This document shows positions 29,760-41,540 of a stretch of 64,000 bases of DNA, one piece after another. Below the pieces are notes generated by a model that had not been told where the DNA came from, did not search any database, and saw nothing but the letters and a program-made list of their open reading frames with translations. Source of the DNA: Acidimicrobiales bacterium (GTDB lineage Bacteria > Actinomycetota > Acidimicrobiia > Acidimicrobiales > JBBRKR01); NCBI GenBank assembly GCA_038231795.1, contig JBBRKR010000007.1:104544-168543 (forward strand), in the 5' to 3' direction. The translations under genes and the position numbers were made by a program. How positions within the stretch are numbered: position 1 is the stretch's first letter; every line of letters begins with the position of its first letter.

Positions 29760-31481
29760 ATGGTTTCCAAAAAATCCATCGTCAGTTCGATGCTTGGCGT
29801 GGGGATTGCAGCCGTTGGATTCGGCGCCTACTCGTCGTATCACACCTCGGTTGCCACCGCTAACACGGTCGTCACCACGGCAACGGTGAAGAAGGGCATC
29901 GTGGTCCAATCGGTTTCGGCTTCGGGCAACGTCATCGCCCCCAGCCAGGTGAACGCTTCCTTTGCCCAAACCGGCACAGTGTTGGAGATCTTGGTAAAAC
30001 AAGGAGACGTCGTCACGCTTGGTCAACCAATCGCCCGAATCGACAGCACGTCACAAAAGACTGCGCTTACATTGGCCAAAACGTCACTGGTATCCACTCA
30101 GGCCGCAATCGACAAGGTCAACGCTGGGCTCACGGCCGCTGACAAAGCCCAACTCGACGCTGGCGCAAAGCAATCATCAAACGGTGTGGCGAGTGCGCAG
30201 GGTGCACTTGATTCGGCGAACAGTTCGTTGAACGCCGACTCAATAGCGCTGCAAACATCGGTCGACAATGCCCAATCAACGCTCGACAAGGCCGTCGCCC
30301 AATTGGCCACCGACGTTGCAACTCAAATCGAGGACCGCAACGCCTACAACGCTGCCCAGTTGATCAACGATCCCAACAAACCCGTCGGAGAATCAACCAA
30401 TGGCACCACAATTCGGTTGCAAGCGGATCAAGATATCTGTACAGCCAAAAGCATTCCGAGTGACGGCGTGTTGTGTTCCGGTCTGACCGCGACGTTGCGA
30501 TTGTTCCAAGCAGCAAACTCCCAGGATCGCGCAGTCACGGCTTCACAAACTGCCGTCAATCAAGCTTCAACCAGCGTCGCCACGGCCAAGGCCAATCAGA
30601 CCAGCGGGCTCAGCAAAGACAACCTCAGCGTGTCCAACTCTGCCCGTGCACTTGATGGCGCCAAGTTGAGCAACACTGCCACTGTGGCCGCCAACGCAGC
30701 AAAAGTCTCGGGTCCCACAGCTGACGTGTTAGCTCAACAGAAGAACCAGCTTTTGCAGGCCCAAAACGCCATCGACAATGCCCAAAAGAACCTCGATGAC
30801 ACCACGCTCAAGGCACCGATTCCTGGCACCATCATCGCCCTCAACGGAACGGTTGGTTTGAGCTCGGCGTCAACGAGTTCGAGCTCATCTAGTGGATCTG
30901 GCGGCGGCAGCGGATCGACAAGTCCATCAGGATTTGTAACGATCATCGACCTCACAAAGCTGCAAGTGAAGGGCGGCTTCGCCGAAGCCGACGCCGCCAA
31001 AGTGAAGCTCGGCCTCAACGCCAAGGTCACCTTCGATGCCCTTCCCAATGTGAGCGCCACAGGCACCGTGACCCTTATCGACACTCTGGCCACCGTTTCG
31101 TCAAACGTCGTTACATACAACGTGACTCTCACTCTCGACAGCGCTCCACCTTCTGTGAAACCAGGTATGACGTCCACCATGGCTGTCGGCGTCGATCATC
31201 GCGACGGAGTCCTGCTCCTGCCCACGGGAGCTGTATCGGCACGGGGCACGAATGCCAACGTGACGGTACGCGCTAAGAATGGCAAAGAATCGATCGTTCG
31301 AGCGACAGTCGGTCTACGTGGTAACGACGTCGTCGAGATCACTGGCGGACTCAATGAAGGCGATGTCGTCGTGACACGCACCACGACATCTGGCGGCGGT
31401 GCGACAGTGAGAGCTGGCCAAACCGGCACCGGCACTGGCACTGGCCAAGGCGGCGGTTTCGGCCCTCCCCCCGGCGGCTGA
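29760..31481 (+). CDS. MacA/HlyD-like membrane fusion (adaptor) protein
   Basis: VSASGNV, biotinyl-like LVKQGDVV, TLKAPIPG, KPGMTS, GLNEGDVV; long coiled coil. Confidence 0.88.
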   Translation: MVSKKSIVSSMLGVGIAAVGFGAYSSYHTSVATANTVVTTATVKKGIVVQSVSASGNVIAPSQVNASFAQTGTVLEILVKQGDVVTLGQPIARIDSTSQKTALTLAKTSLVSTQAAIDKVNAGLTAADKAQLDAGAKQSSNGVASAQGALDSANSSLNADSIALQTSVDNAQSTLDKAVAQLATDVATQIEDRNAYNAAQLINDPNKPVGESTNGTTIRLQADQDICTAKSIPSDGVLCSGLTATLRLFQAANSQDRAVTASQTAVNQASTSVATAKANQTSGLSKDNLSVSNSARALDGAKLSNTATVAANAAKVSGPTADVLAQQKNQLLQAQNAIDNAQKNLDDTTLKAPIPGTIIALNGTVGLSSASTSSSSSSGSGGGSGSTSPSGFVTIIDLTKLQVKGGFAEADAAKVKLGLNAKVTFDALPNVSATGTVTLIDTLATVSSNVVTYNVTLTLDSAPPSVKPGMTSTMAVGVDHRDGVLLLPTGAVSARGTNANVTVRAKNGKESIVRATVGLRGNDVVEITGGLNEGDVVVTRTTTSGGGATVRAGQTGTGTGTGQGGGFGPPPGG

Positions 31482-31483
31482 TC

Positions 31484-32250
31484 ATGACCACTCTCGAAAA
31501 CATCTCAGCGCCACCGCTCCCCGCCAAGAAGCAGTGGCCCGTACTTTTGCTCCACAACATCGAAAAAACATACGGCATGGGCGACATTGCCGTGCACGCC
31601 TTGGATGACGTGAGCGTGACAATCGAACCCGGCGAATTTGTGGCCATTATGGGCGCATCAGGATCTGGAAAATCGACGTTAATGAACATCATCGGCTGTC
31701 TCGACATCCCTACTCGCGGTCGATATTTCCTCGACGGTATCGACGTCCGTACATTGGACGATTTTCAACTCAGCCAGGTGCGAAATCGCAAGATTGGTTT
31801 CGTATTTCAATCGTTCAATCTGATTCCCCGCACCAACGCACTCGGCAATGTCGAGCTTCCGTTGATCTACGCCAAAGTCGGCAAAGTGCAGCGGCGAAAG
31901 ATTGCCCTCGACGCCCTCAAGCGAGTCGGGTTGAGTGACAGAACCCATCACACGCCATCGCAACTTTCCGGCGGTCAGCAACAGCGTGTAGCGATAGCCC
32001 GCGCCATTGCCACAAACCCGTCACTCATCCTGGCCGACGAACCCACAGGCGCCCTCGATTCCGTTTCCACCCAAGAAGTCATGGACATCCTCAACGAGCT
32101 ACACGACGAAGGTCGCACCATCGTGATCATCACCCATGAAGATGAAGTGGCCCGCCACGCACATCGGATCATCAGGTTGATGGACGGACGCGTGATCTCC
32201 GATGTTTCGGCACCACCCTCTGGACCGCGTTCAGTGGGGGCGATCACCGC

Positions 32251-32254
<4 letters not shown>
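31484..32254 (+). CDS. MacB/LolD-type ABC ATP-binding protein
   Basis: GASGSGKST, LSGGQQQR, LADEPTGALD. Confidence 0.95.
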
Positions 32255-33483
<1,229 letters not shown>

Positions 33484-33494
33484 GAGAGATACAT

Positions 33495-34121
33495 ATGTCA
33501 TCGCTTGAACCGTCGGCTATCGACACCACAAATGCACTAGAGCCCGTCGCCAATGAAATTGACGTGCTCCGCGCCGATACCGGTGTGCTGCCTTTTAGTC
33601 TCGACGACTACGAATCGCCTGATGTACCTCCCCGCAAACCACGCGTGATGACGCCACTCACCTGGTCGTTGGCTCTCGTGCTCACACTCGGTGCCGGATT
33701 CTTCGGCGGCATATGGGTCCAGAAACGCAACGCGCCTGCCGCCACTCCCCCGTCGGCCTTCGGAAACCGCAATCGAGTCGGTGGCACAGGACAAAGCACC
33801 GGCCAAGGTACGAACGCTCAGAACTCTGGCGGCCAGACCGGCGCAGGCAATCAAACAGCTGCCGGCGGGAATACCTCGGGAACGATCGTGTTAGTCGACG
33901 CCGAGCACAACGCCATCTATCTCACGGACAGCCAAGGTAACAACATCAAGGTGACAGTATCGGCAGGCACCATCATGAAGGTCTCCAAGGGAACCACCAC
34001 GATTGGTGATTACGCCACTGGAGCCTCAATCGTTGTCGCCGGCACCGTCGATGCGGAGGGCACAATTACCGCCACTTCGGTGACCGAAGGCGTGGCCAGA
34101 GGCAACCGCGCCGCCGGCTAG
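33495..34121 (+). CDS. Membrane-anchored OB-fold-like hypothetical protein of the MacAB operon
   Basis: Single TM helix (GFFGGIWVQK), Gly-rich linker, beta-rich C-terminal domain. Confidence 0.75.
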   Translation: MSSLEPSAIDTTNALEPVANEIDVLRADTGVLPFSLDDYESPDVPPRKPRVMTPLTWSLALVLTLGAGFFGGIWVQKRNAPAATPPSAFGNRNRVGGTGQSTGQGTNAQNSGGQTGAGNQTAAGGNTSGTIVLVDAEHNAIYLTDSQGNNIKVTVSAGTIMKVSKGTTTIGDYATGASIVVAGTVDAEGTITATSVTEGVARGNRAAG

Positions 34122-34214
34122 GCCGGTTCGTGACATGCAAACCGGCTAGGCCGGTTCGTGACATGCAAACCGGCTAGGCCGGTTCGTGACATGCAAACCG
34201 GCTAGGCCGGTTCG
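34114..34214. repeat. 28-bp perfect tandem repeat, 3 copies plus 17 nt
   Basis: Unit CCGGCTAGGCCGGTTCGTGACATGCAAA; internal palindrome AACCGGC-TAG-GCCGGTT across unit junctions. Confidence 0.97.
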
Positions 34215-35257
34215 ACGAAGCTCCCGCTCGGTTCGAAGCGCACGCCCACGTCGCCGCCGGCGAACCGCTCGGCACTGGCGCCGGCCACGTCGGCCAACAC
34301 CGAAACCCCGCCCCGAATGTCGATCGACACCCGCGTAACGGCCCCTCGGAACGACAGGCCGGTGACAGATCCCGTCAACGTTCCCTCGGCTCCCACATGC
34401 TCGATCATCACGGCCTCCGGGCGCACAAGCAATTTCACAGGCGCACCAGCGACCAGTCCATCAACGGGCACGGTCACAAAACCAGAGCTGGTGTTCACGC
34501 CGCCATGAACGACGGTGCCTTCAATGGTGTTCACCGTGCCCACGAAGCGAGCCACGAACGCCGACGTTGGCTTGCGGTACACATCGACCGGAGCGCCGAT
34601 TTGCTCGAGCCGACCGTTTGACATCACGCCGACGCGATCAGAGATCGACATCGCTTCTTCTTGATCGTGGGTCACGAACAGCGTGGTGATGCCGAGCGTT
34701 CGTTGAATGCGGCGAATTTCGTCGCGAAGTCCGACGCGCACCTTTGCATCCAGCGCACTCAGGGGCTCATCGAGCAGCAACACGCGCGGGCTGATCGCCA
34801 ACGCTCTGGCCAAGGCGACTCGTTGTTGCTGACCACCAGAAAGCTGATGGGCGTAACGATCCGACTGTGCCGATAAGCCAACGAGCTCAAGCATCTCGCC
34901 GGCCGTCGACCGACGGACAGTTGCCGATTGGCCACGCATGCGCAAACCAAAAGCCACATTGTCGATCACCGTCAAATGGGGAAAAAGGCTGTAGCTCTGA
35001 AACACCATGCCCATATCGCGTTTCGAGGCGGGCATATCGGAGACATCGTGACCGGCGACAAATATTGAACCAGCATCTGGCCGTTCGAAGCCAGCAACTG
35101 CGCGCAGCGCTGTGGTCTTCCCACAACCTGATGGACCCAACAAACTGACGAACTCACCAGCCTCCAGCGTCAGATCGAGTGCCTCGAGAGCCACCGTCTG
35201 GCCAAAGGTTTTTCGAACTCCACGGAGCTCCAAACCAGGGTTAATTTCGGTGCTCAC
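34202..35257 (-). CDS. ABC importer ATP-binding protein (PotA/AfuC-like)
   Basis: GPSGCGKTT, LSGGQQQR, LLDEPLSALD, TOBE domain. Confidence 0.95.
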   Translation of the reverse strand: MSTEINPGLELRGVRKTFGQTVALEALDLTLEAGEFVSLLGPSGCGKTTALRAVAGFERPDAGSIFVAGHDVSDMPASKRDMGMVFQSYSLFPHLTVIDNVAFGLRMRGQSATVRRSTAGEMLELVGLSAQSDRYAHQLSGGQQQRVALARALAISPRVLLLDEPLSALDAKVRVGLRDEIRRIQRTLGITTLFVTHDQEEAMSISDRVGVMSNGRLEQIGAPVDVYRKPTSAFVARFVGTVNTIEGTVVHGGVNTSSGFVTVPVDGLVAGAPVKLLVRPEAVMIEHVGAEGTLTGSVTGLSFRGAVTRVSIDIRGGVSVLADVAGASAERFAGGDVGVRFEPSGSFVEPA

Positions 35258-35273
35258 AATTTTCCTCTTTCGA

Positions 35274-36074
35274 TCATCGGCCGAATGCCGAAAAAGTCAC
35301 GCGTCCGCCCTTGCGTCGTCTGCTGAGACTGGAAACCAGACCCAACGTCAGACACGTGAACAAGATTGATAACAGACCCATTGCCGTAGCTCCACGAGGA
35401 TTTTCGTTGGCCTGGCGAACCACAAATGCACTGAACGTTTGATGAAGCAAAAGCGACGCAATGGTGTACTCACCGAATGCAATGGCAATGTTCAAAAACG
35501 CAGCACCAAGCAACGACGTCGAGATATTGGGCACGATAACTGCGAACAGCGTTTTGGGCCAGCTGGCACCCAACCCACGTGCCGCCTCAGACAATGTCTT
35601 GACGTCGATGGCGCGCAAACCGTTGTCGATCGATCGATACGTAAACGGCAGCGCCACGATGGCATACAACGGAATCATCCCGATCGATTCAATGAGGATG
35701 AACGGCCACGGTTTGCGAAACGCGGTGGCCGCTCCAGACACCAACGCCACGGCGGGGATCGCATACGGCAACACGCTGACTACCTCGAACGCAGGTAACA
35801 GTTTCGGCATTTTCAAGTGAAGCCACGCCAACGTTGGAACCATCAACAACAGTGAAAAAAAAGTGGTTCCAAACGCCAGCCGGGCACTCAGCCACAGCGC
35901 AGTCCCGAACCCGTCAGCGTGAACCATTCTGGTAATGGCTTTGAACGTATAACCGCCACCTAAGGGCTTGGCGAAGCCGAACCGGATCGTGGCGATAAAT
36001 GGCACGATGAAAAAGACGGCGCATGCCACCACGATGAGCGCCAAACCAATTTGAGGGCGTCGACGGGTTGTCAT
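35274..36074 (-). CDS. ABC importer permease
   Basis: EAARGLGAS (EAA motif), TM helices; ATG 36074 coupled to the upstream stop. Confidence 0.92.
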   Translation of the reverse strand: MTTRRRPQIGLALIVVACAVFFIVPFIATIRFGFAKPLGGGYTFKAITRMVHADGFGTALWLSARLAFGTTFFSLLLMVPTLAWLHLKMPKLLPAFEVVSVLPYAIPAVALVSGAATAFRKPWPFILIESIGMIPLYAIVALPFTYRSIDNGLRAIDVKTLSEAARGLGASWPKTLFAVIVPNISTSLLGAAFLNIAIAFGEYTIASLLLHQTFSAFVVRQANENPRGATAMGLLSILFTCLTLGLVSSLSRRRKGGRVTFSAFGR

Positions 36075-36982
36075 TGCAGCCACCGAGACGTGCGTTTGCG
36101 AAGCACGTTGTACACCACGATTGCCATTGTCACTACGAGGATCATCCACACGGCAATGGCGTTACCAAGTGCTGGCTCATTGATGGTGTTGCCTCGCAAA
36201 TAAAACCCAATTTTCAGTGCCATAAGGTTGGCGCCGCCACCCGTCAAGGCATCAGCGGTAGCAAACGCACTGAAAGCGTTCGCAAACAACAGAATCACAC
36301 CCGAAAGCACAGCGGGCATCAGCACCGGAATGCCAACGTGCAACCAATATTTGGTGGTGCTGGCACCCAAATTTGACGCTGCTTCACGCCATTGAGATTT
36401 CATTCCTTCAACAGCCGGCAACATCACGATCACCATCAGCGGAATCTGAAAGAACATGTAGACAATTTGAATACCTCGGTACGAAAAGATGTCGAAGCCG
36501 TGGTCCGCCAGTTTGACGCCGAACCAGTCGTTGAGTGTGGTCGTCACCAAGCCGCGCAACCCAAGGGTGGCAATAAACATGAATGCCAGCGCAGAGCCAC
36601 CCATCTGTGACGCCACGCCTGAAAAGGTCGAGACGGCCGTCTTGAGAAATTTAGGATGCCGCAATGTGACTATTGCGTAGGCCAACATTGTGCCTACCAA
36701 TCCGCCGGCCAAAGCGGTCACGATCGACAGGCTCGAGGTGGTCTTGAAAGCCCGGAAAAACTCTCCAGACATCGCGTGGCCGATGTAATAGAAACCACGT
36801 TTTCCGTCCCGGTCTTTTAGTGCCTCTGAGAACACTATGACCGTGGGGAACAAAAGAAATACGGCAATAAACGCGGCAAACGGCGTGAGCCCGAGCCAGC
36901 CATACGACCGTCGTTTACGAACTACTGATGTTGAAGAGGGCCGATCCACAACGGACCGACCCTCCTCCACAATTACTGTCAT
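36071..36982 (-). CDS. ABC importer permease
   Basis: WREAASNLGAS (EAA motif), TM helices. Confidence 0.92.
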   Translation of the reverse strand: MTVIVEEGRSVVDRPSSTSVVRKRRSYGWLGLTPFAAFIAVFLLFPTVIVFSEALKDRDGKRGFYYIGHAMSGEFFRAFKTTSSLSIVTALAGGLVGTMLAYAIVTLRHPKFLKTAVSTFSGVASQMGGSALAFMFIATLGLRGLVTTTLNDWFGVKLADHGFDIFSYRGIQIVYMFFQIPLMVIVMLPAVEGMKSQWREAASNLGASTTKYWLHVGIPVLMPAVLSGVILLFANAFSAFATADALTGGGANLMALKIGFYLRGNTINEPALGNAIAVWMILVVTMAIVVYNVLRKRTSRWLQ

Positions 36983-37004
36983 TACGTCGAATATCCGGAC
37001 GCTA

Positions 37005-38228
37005 TTAGTTGCCGGAAACTTTCGGGCCCCATTGGGCAGCAATAATTTCCTTGGCCTTCTTCACCTGGTCGGGGGTGGGGAACTTGACCTTGGCCACGAT
37101 GTCGGCCGAAGGCAACTTGGCCTTCAATTCGGCAGGGATCTTGCCGGCTTTGTCCATTGCCACATAACGGGCTGGGAAAGCTCCACCCTTGATGTATTCG
37201 GTGGCGCCACCATCAGATACGAGCCACTCCAGCCACAGCTTGGCGGCATTTTGGTTTGGTGAGCCCTTCACGACGCCTTGCGCGTAGAAGCCGCCGTAAA
37301 CGCCATCGGTGGGCACGTTGGTGACCAATATGATGCCGTTTTCCTTCATCTTGTCGACGGTGCTCACATAGTTGTACGACCAGTCAATACCGATTGCGGC
37401 TTCACCGTTGATATACAGCGCTTCGGTCAGGTCGACGGGCTTGAGAATGCCGTCGTTCTTGAGCTTGGCGAAGTAATCAATGCCGGGCGTGATGTCGTCA
37501 AGAGAGCCGCCGTTGGCAAGTGCTGCGGCGATGACGCCAGCCAGGCCAGAGCCCGACTTACGTGGATCGCCGTTGAGAGCAAGCATGCCCTTGTACTTCT
37601 TGTCGGCTAGCTCAGCGAAGCTCTTGGGAGCAGCGCCGGCAATTTTTTCGTTGCATGCAATCGAGATGATGCCGTAGTACGCAGCAACCCAGTTGCCATC
37701 TGCGTCACGCATGTTCTCGGGGATCTCGTCAAACGAGGACACCTTGTATGGCTCGAATAGTCCGCTCTTGGCGCCGTCGTAGGCGAATGCGGGGCCGACG
37801 TCGATGGAGTCGGGTTGCGTTGGTTGACCCTTAAGGGTTTCGACAGCCTTCACTTCGTCGGCAGACGAGCCATCGGGGTTATCAACCTTGAAATTGATGC
37901 CGTAGGTCGACTTGTAGCCGGCCAAAACGCCTTTGTAGTTAGCCCAGCCATCGGGCAGAGCAATCAAATTGATCTTGCCTTCCTTCTTGGCGGCGTCGAT
38001 GAGGTCTTTCGGAATTTCCTTGACAGCCGTAGCTGCGCCAGAGGTGGTGGTCTCGCCGGCAGGTGCAGCCGTCGTTGTAGCTTCGGCAGGCTTGCCCGTA
38101 GTTGTAGTGGCGGCAGCAGGTTTGTCAGAGCCACATGCAGCAAGTACAGCGGGCGCAGCAGCTGCGGCACCCATGGCTACGAGGAACTTGCGACGGTTCA
38201 TCTCTGTGGGTTGTTCGGTATTCGACAT
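37005..38228 (-). CDS. ABC substrate-binding lipoprotein (polyamine/iron/thiamine class) with Tat-like signal
   Basis: NRRKFL twin-Arg motif, LAAC lipobox, LIDAAKKEG, IALPDGWANY. Confidence 0.9.
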   Translation of the reverse strand: MSNTEQPTEMNRRKFLVAMGAAAAAPAVLAACGSDKPAAATTTTGKPAEATTTAAPAGETTTSGAATAVKEIPKDLIDAAKKEGKINLIALPDGWANYKGVLAGYKSTYGINFKVDNPDGSSADEVKAVETLKGQPTQPDSIDVGPAFAYDGAKSGLFEPYKVSSFDEIPENMRDADGNWVAAYYGIISIACNEKIAGAAPKSFAELADKKYKGMLALNGDPRKSGSGLAGVIAAALANGGSLDDITPGIDYFAKLKNDGILKPVDLTEALYINGEAAIGIDWSYNYVSTVDKMKENGIILVTNVPTDGVYGGFYAQGVVKGSPNQNAAKLWLEWLVSDGGATEYIKGGAFPARYVAMDKAGKIPAELKAKLPSADIVAKVKFPTPDQVKKAKEIIAAQWGPKVSGN

Positions 38229-38347
38229 TCGATGGAACTCCTTCAGGTTTGGGTGTTGGCCGCAACCTACCGCAACCAATATGAACGTAAGGTGTCGAAG
38301 AGGTTACAAACAGGCGGCCATCGAGTGAACTGAGCCAGTCGGCCATT

Positions 38348-39064
38348 TCACCTGGGATCGAGCAAATCGAGATCAGCCACGAAGCCCACCACAATCGTTG
38401 AAGGAGCCTCGATTCCCGCCGCCGCCACCGTGGCCAATGTGGCCCTCACAACTTGCTGACGAGGCGTTGACGCCCACCTGATAGCCGCCACGGGGGTCTC
38501 AGCCGCCAGCCCTCCGGCCATCAAACGCGTGGCAATTTCTTCGACGTGCGCCGCACCCATGAGGATCACGATCGTGCCTCCCGCGGCTGCGATCGCTTCC
38601 CAATTGGCGGCCGACAAACCGGAGTCGCTCTGATGCCCCGTGACCACTGTGAAATTGAACACCTCGTTGCGCACCGTCACCGGAATTCCGGCTAGCGCGG
38701 GTGCAGCAAGCGCAGAAGTAATACCGGGTACCACTTCGTACCGTATGCCGGCTCGGCCAAGGGCCATGGCCTCCTCTGCCCCACGCGCAAAAACAAACGG
38801 GTCGCCGCCCTTGAGACGCACAACCACGTCATGCGATCGTCCATATGACACAAGCAAATCGTTGATGGCATCTTGGGACACGGGCACTGCTCCAGGCGCC
38901 TTACCCACATTGATGCGCACGGCTTCGACGGGCGCCATATCAAGAATGGCATTGCCACTCAGGCGGTCATGGATCACCACGTCGCAGCGCTGCAAAAGCT
39001 CCGCCGCCCGCACTGTCAAAAGGTCAGGCGCACCAGGCCCCGCGCCGACAAGGTACACCGTCAC
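38348..39064 (-). CDS. cobA: Uroporphyrinogen-III C-methyltransferase
   Basis: VYLVGAGPG, VVRLKGGDPFVFARG, VPGITS. Confidence 0.93.
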   Translation of the reverse strand: MTVYLVGAGPGAPDLLTVRAAELLQRCDVVIHDRLSGNAILDMAPVEAVRINVGKAPGAVPVSQDAINDLLVSYGRSHDVVVRLKGGDPFVFARGAEEAMALGRAGIRYEVVPGITSALAAPALAGIPVTVRNEVFNFTVVTGHQSDSGLSAANWEAIAAAGGTIVILMGAAHVEEIATRLMAGGLAAETPVAAIRWASTPRQQVVRATLATVAAAGIEAPSTIVVGFVADLDLLDPR

Positions 39065-39177
39065 GTTTGACCAACGGGATCACTAGTTGAGAGCGATGCC
39101 TTCGACACATCGCCACCCTACCGGTCGGCGGAATTTCGAGCTGTAACATGCGCGTCGAGACCAATCGGGAGCCAATC

Positions 39178-40644
39178 ATGAAGACACGAATCGTGAGCCA
39201 CCATGCGTCCACTCTTCCTGCCGACGATTCACACCCCTACCGCACCGGCGCCTGGCAGCCCACCATGACTGAATACGACGCGTGGGACCTTGACGTCGTC
39301 GGAACGCTGCCTGCCGATCTATGTGGCACATACCTTCGCAACACCGAAAACCCGGTACACGATTCGCTTGGTCGGTACCACCCATTCGACGGCGACGGCA
39401 TGGTGCATTCCATTACCTTCGCCAACGGTTCAGCGCGGTATTGCAATCGGTTCATCGACACGACTGGCCTGCGAGCAGAAGATGAAGCAGGGCACGCGTT
39501 GTGGCCAGGCCTGGCCGAGAACCCCGCCAAAGCACAACGCTCCGACGGCTGGGGCGCCCGCACCCGCATGAAAGATGCCTCGAGCACCGACATTGTGGTG
39601 CACGGAGGAGTAGCCAAAACCAGCTTCTATCAATGCGGCGATCTGTACCGCCACGACCCTGTCACGTTGGCCAATCTAGGCAAGGAATCCTGGGGCGGAA
39701 CCTTTCCCCCTGAAGGTGTTTCGGCTCACACCAAGGTCGACGTGCACACCGGCGAGATGTTGTTTTTCAACTACAGCAAACAAGCTCCGTACATGCACTA
39801 CGGCGTGGTCGATAGCGGTCACCAACTCGTTCACTACACCCCTATTCCGCTGCCCGGGCCTCGCCTGCCACACGACATGGCCTTCACCACCAACTACGCA
39901 ATCCTGAATGACTGCCCTATGTTTTGGGATCCGGTGCTTCTCGAACGCGACGTTCACGCCGTGCGTTTCTTTCCCGAATTGTCGACGCGATTCGGCATTA
40001 TTCCCCGGCGCGGTCACGCCACGGATGTGCGTTGGTTTGATGCTGCGCCCACCTACGTATTGCATTGGATCAATGCCTTCGAGGACGGCGACGAGATTGT
40101 TCTCGATGGCTTCTTTCAGGATCAGCCATCGCCACCGGCCCGCGAGAACGATGGGCCATTCGAGCACACGTACCGGTTCCTTGCGCTGGACCGCATGGAG
40201 ACACATCCCCACCGGTGGCGCTTCAATCTTCGCACTGGACAAACCACAGAACAGCGCTTAAGTAGTCGGGTGTTGGAGTTCGGCATGATCAATCAACGCC
40301 ATGCCGGATTGCCATACCGCTACAGCTATTGCATGACGGCACCACCCGGCTGGTTCCTATTTAACGGTATTGTCAAGTTCGACGCCACGCTCGGCCAAGC
40401 GATAGACGAATACCGATTTCCGCCTGGCGTCTTCGCCAGCGAATCGCCGTTCGCTCCTCGAGCCGGAGCGAACGTTGAAGACGATGGCTACGTCGTCACC
40501 TTCACCACCGACATGAACAACGACTGCTCCGACTGCCTTGTTTTCGACGCCCGTAATTTGGCAGCGGGACCATTGGCATCGATCCGTCTTCCAACTCGAA
40601 TCTCCAGTGGCACGCACGCGTGGTGGGAGCCCACCAATGCTTGA
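39178..40644 (+). CDS. Carotenoid oxygenase family (apocarotenoid/lignostilbene dioxygenase-like)
   Basis: HPFDGDGM; four His ligands (SAHTK, PHDMA, LHWIN, GTHAW); ESPFAP. Confidence 0.92.
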   Translation: MKTRIVSHHASTLPADDSHPYRTGAWQPTMTEYDAWDLDVVGTLPADLCGTYLRNTENPVHDSLGRYHPFDGDGMVHSITFANGSARYCNRFIDTTGLRAEDEAGHALWPGLAENPAKAQRSDGWGARTRMKDASSTDIVVHGGVAKTSFYQCGDLYRHDPVTLANLGKESWGGTFPPEGVSAHTKVDVHTGEMLFFNYSKQAPYMHYGVVDSGHQLVHYTPIPLPGPRLPHDMAFTTNYAILNDCPMFWDPVLLERDVHAVRFFPELSTRFGIIPRRGHATDVRWFDAAPTYVLHWINAFEDGDEIVLDGFFQDQPSPPARENDGPFEHTYRFLALDRMETHPHRWRFNLRTGQTTEQRLSSRVLEFGMINQRHAGLPYRYSYCMTAPPGWFLFNGIVKFDATLGQAIDEYRFPPGVFASESPFAPRAGANVEDDGYVVTFTTDMNNDCSDCLVFDARNLAAGPLASIRLPTRISSGTHAWWEPTNA

Positions 40645-40759
40645 TTTCGTTCCTTACCGAGTTGTCACTAGAACCAAAGATGCACTTAACAACCGTGGCC
40701 GATACTTATGTCACGAAGCAACACCCGGTTGGTTCGAATTTGAAAGTAATACCACAAGA

Positions 40760-41430
40760 GTGACATCAAATCAAAGCGTTCGTGGCTCGTAGCTAGAGCC
40801 GCCGGAGCCGTCGGGCTCGTCATTGGATTCGCCGGCATTTCGTCAGCGTCGCCGAGTGTTGCTGCGCCGAAAGCGGCAGTAGTCGTTGCCGCTGATACTT
40901 CGGTCACCACGACCGACCCGGTACTGCCTACGCCGCCGACCAACATCGATGGCTCGACACCAGCACCTGGCGACGAAGCAACGGAATCGGCAGATCGAGT
41001 GGCCGCCGAAGCCGCAGAGCAGACCGCATTGCTCGCACAGGCCAAGGTCTCAGACGCTGACGCCCGTGCCGCCGCCCTCGTGGCCAAGCCCGGCACTGTT
41101 ACAGAGTCACGCCTCGACGATCGCCACGGCACCCTCGTGTGGCACATCGAAATCAAGACGGCAACGGCATTTGCCGACGTCAACGTGGACGCCATCACCG
41201 GAAAGGTTATTGATTCTCATGACGAAACCGCTGAGCATCAAGGCGGCGGCATGGGCGAACACGGCCCTCGTGGAGATCACCGCGGCAAAGGTGGCCCCCG
41301 TGGCGAACATGGCGGACGAGATGGCCGCGGCGATAACAAGGATCCTCAGCATGAAGCTGACGAAGTGAAGAACGGCACTGTGGAAGCACCAGCTGATACG
41401 ACCACAACTGCACCTGCTGCCAACGCCTAA
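40760..41430 (+). CDS. PepSY-domain secreted protein; apparent frameshift near the start
   Basis: PepSY motif (ARAAALVAKPGTV...WHIEI...VNVDAITGKV). The frame is open from 40750 and encodes KRSWLVARAAGAVGLVIG but has no ATG/GTG/TTG before 40999; GTG 40760 is out of frame by 1. Confidence 0.75.
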
Positions 41431-41455
41431 TCCCCTCATAGCGTTTGGTAGTACC

Positions 41456-41498
41456 AACGAACCCCAGATCGGCTTCTCCCGCTGGTCTGGGGTTCGTT
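41456..41498 (+). terminator. Strong hairpin, probable intrinsic terminator
   Basis: AACGAACCCCAGATC ... GGTCTGGGGTTCGTT directly after the PepSY gene. Confidence 0.7.
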
Positions 41499-41540
41499 CG
41501 CGTCTGCCCTCAAACGCACAACAACGTAGGATTGAAGCCA

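Noticed and set aside
34114-34214. CRISPR array
   Set aside because: Units are identical and contiguous with no unique spacers; no cas genes in the window
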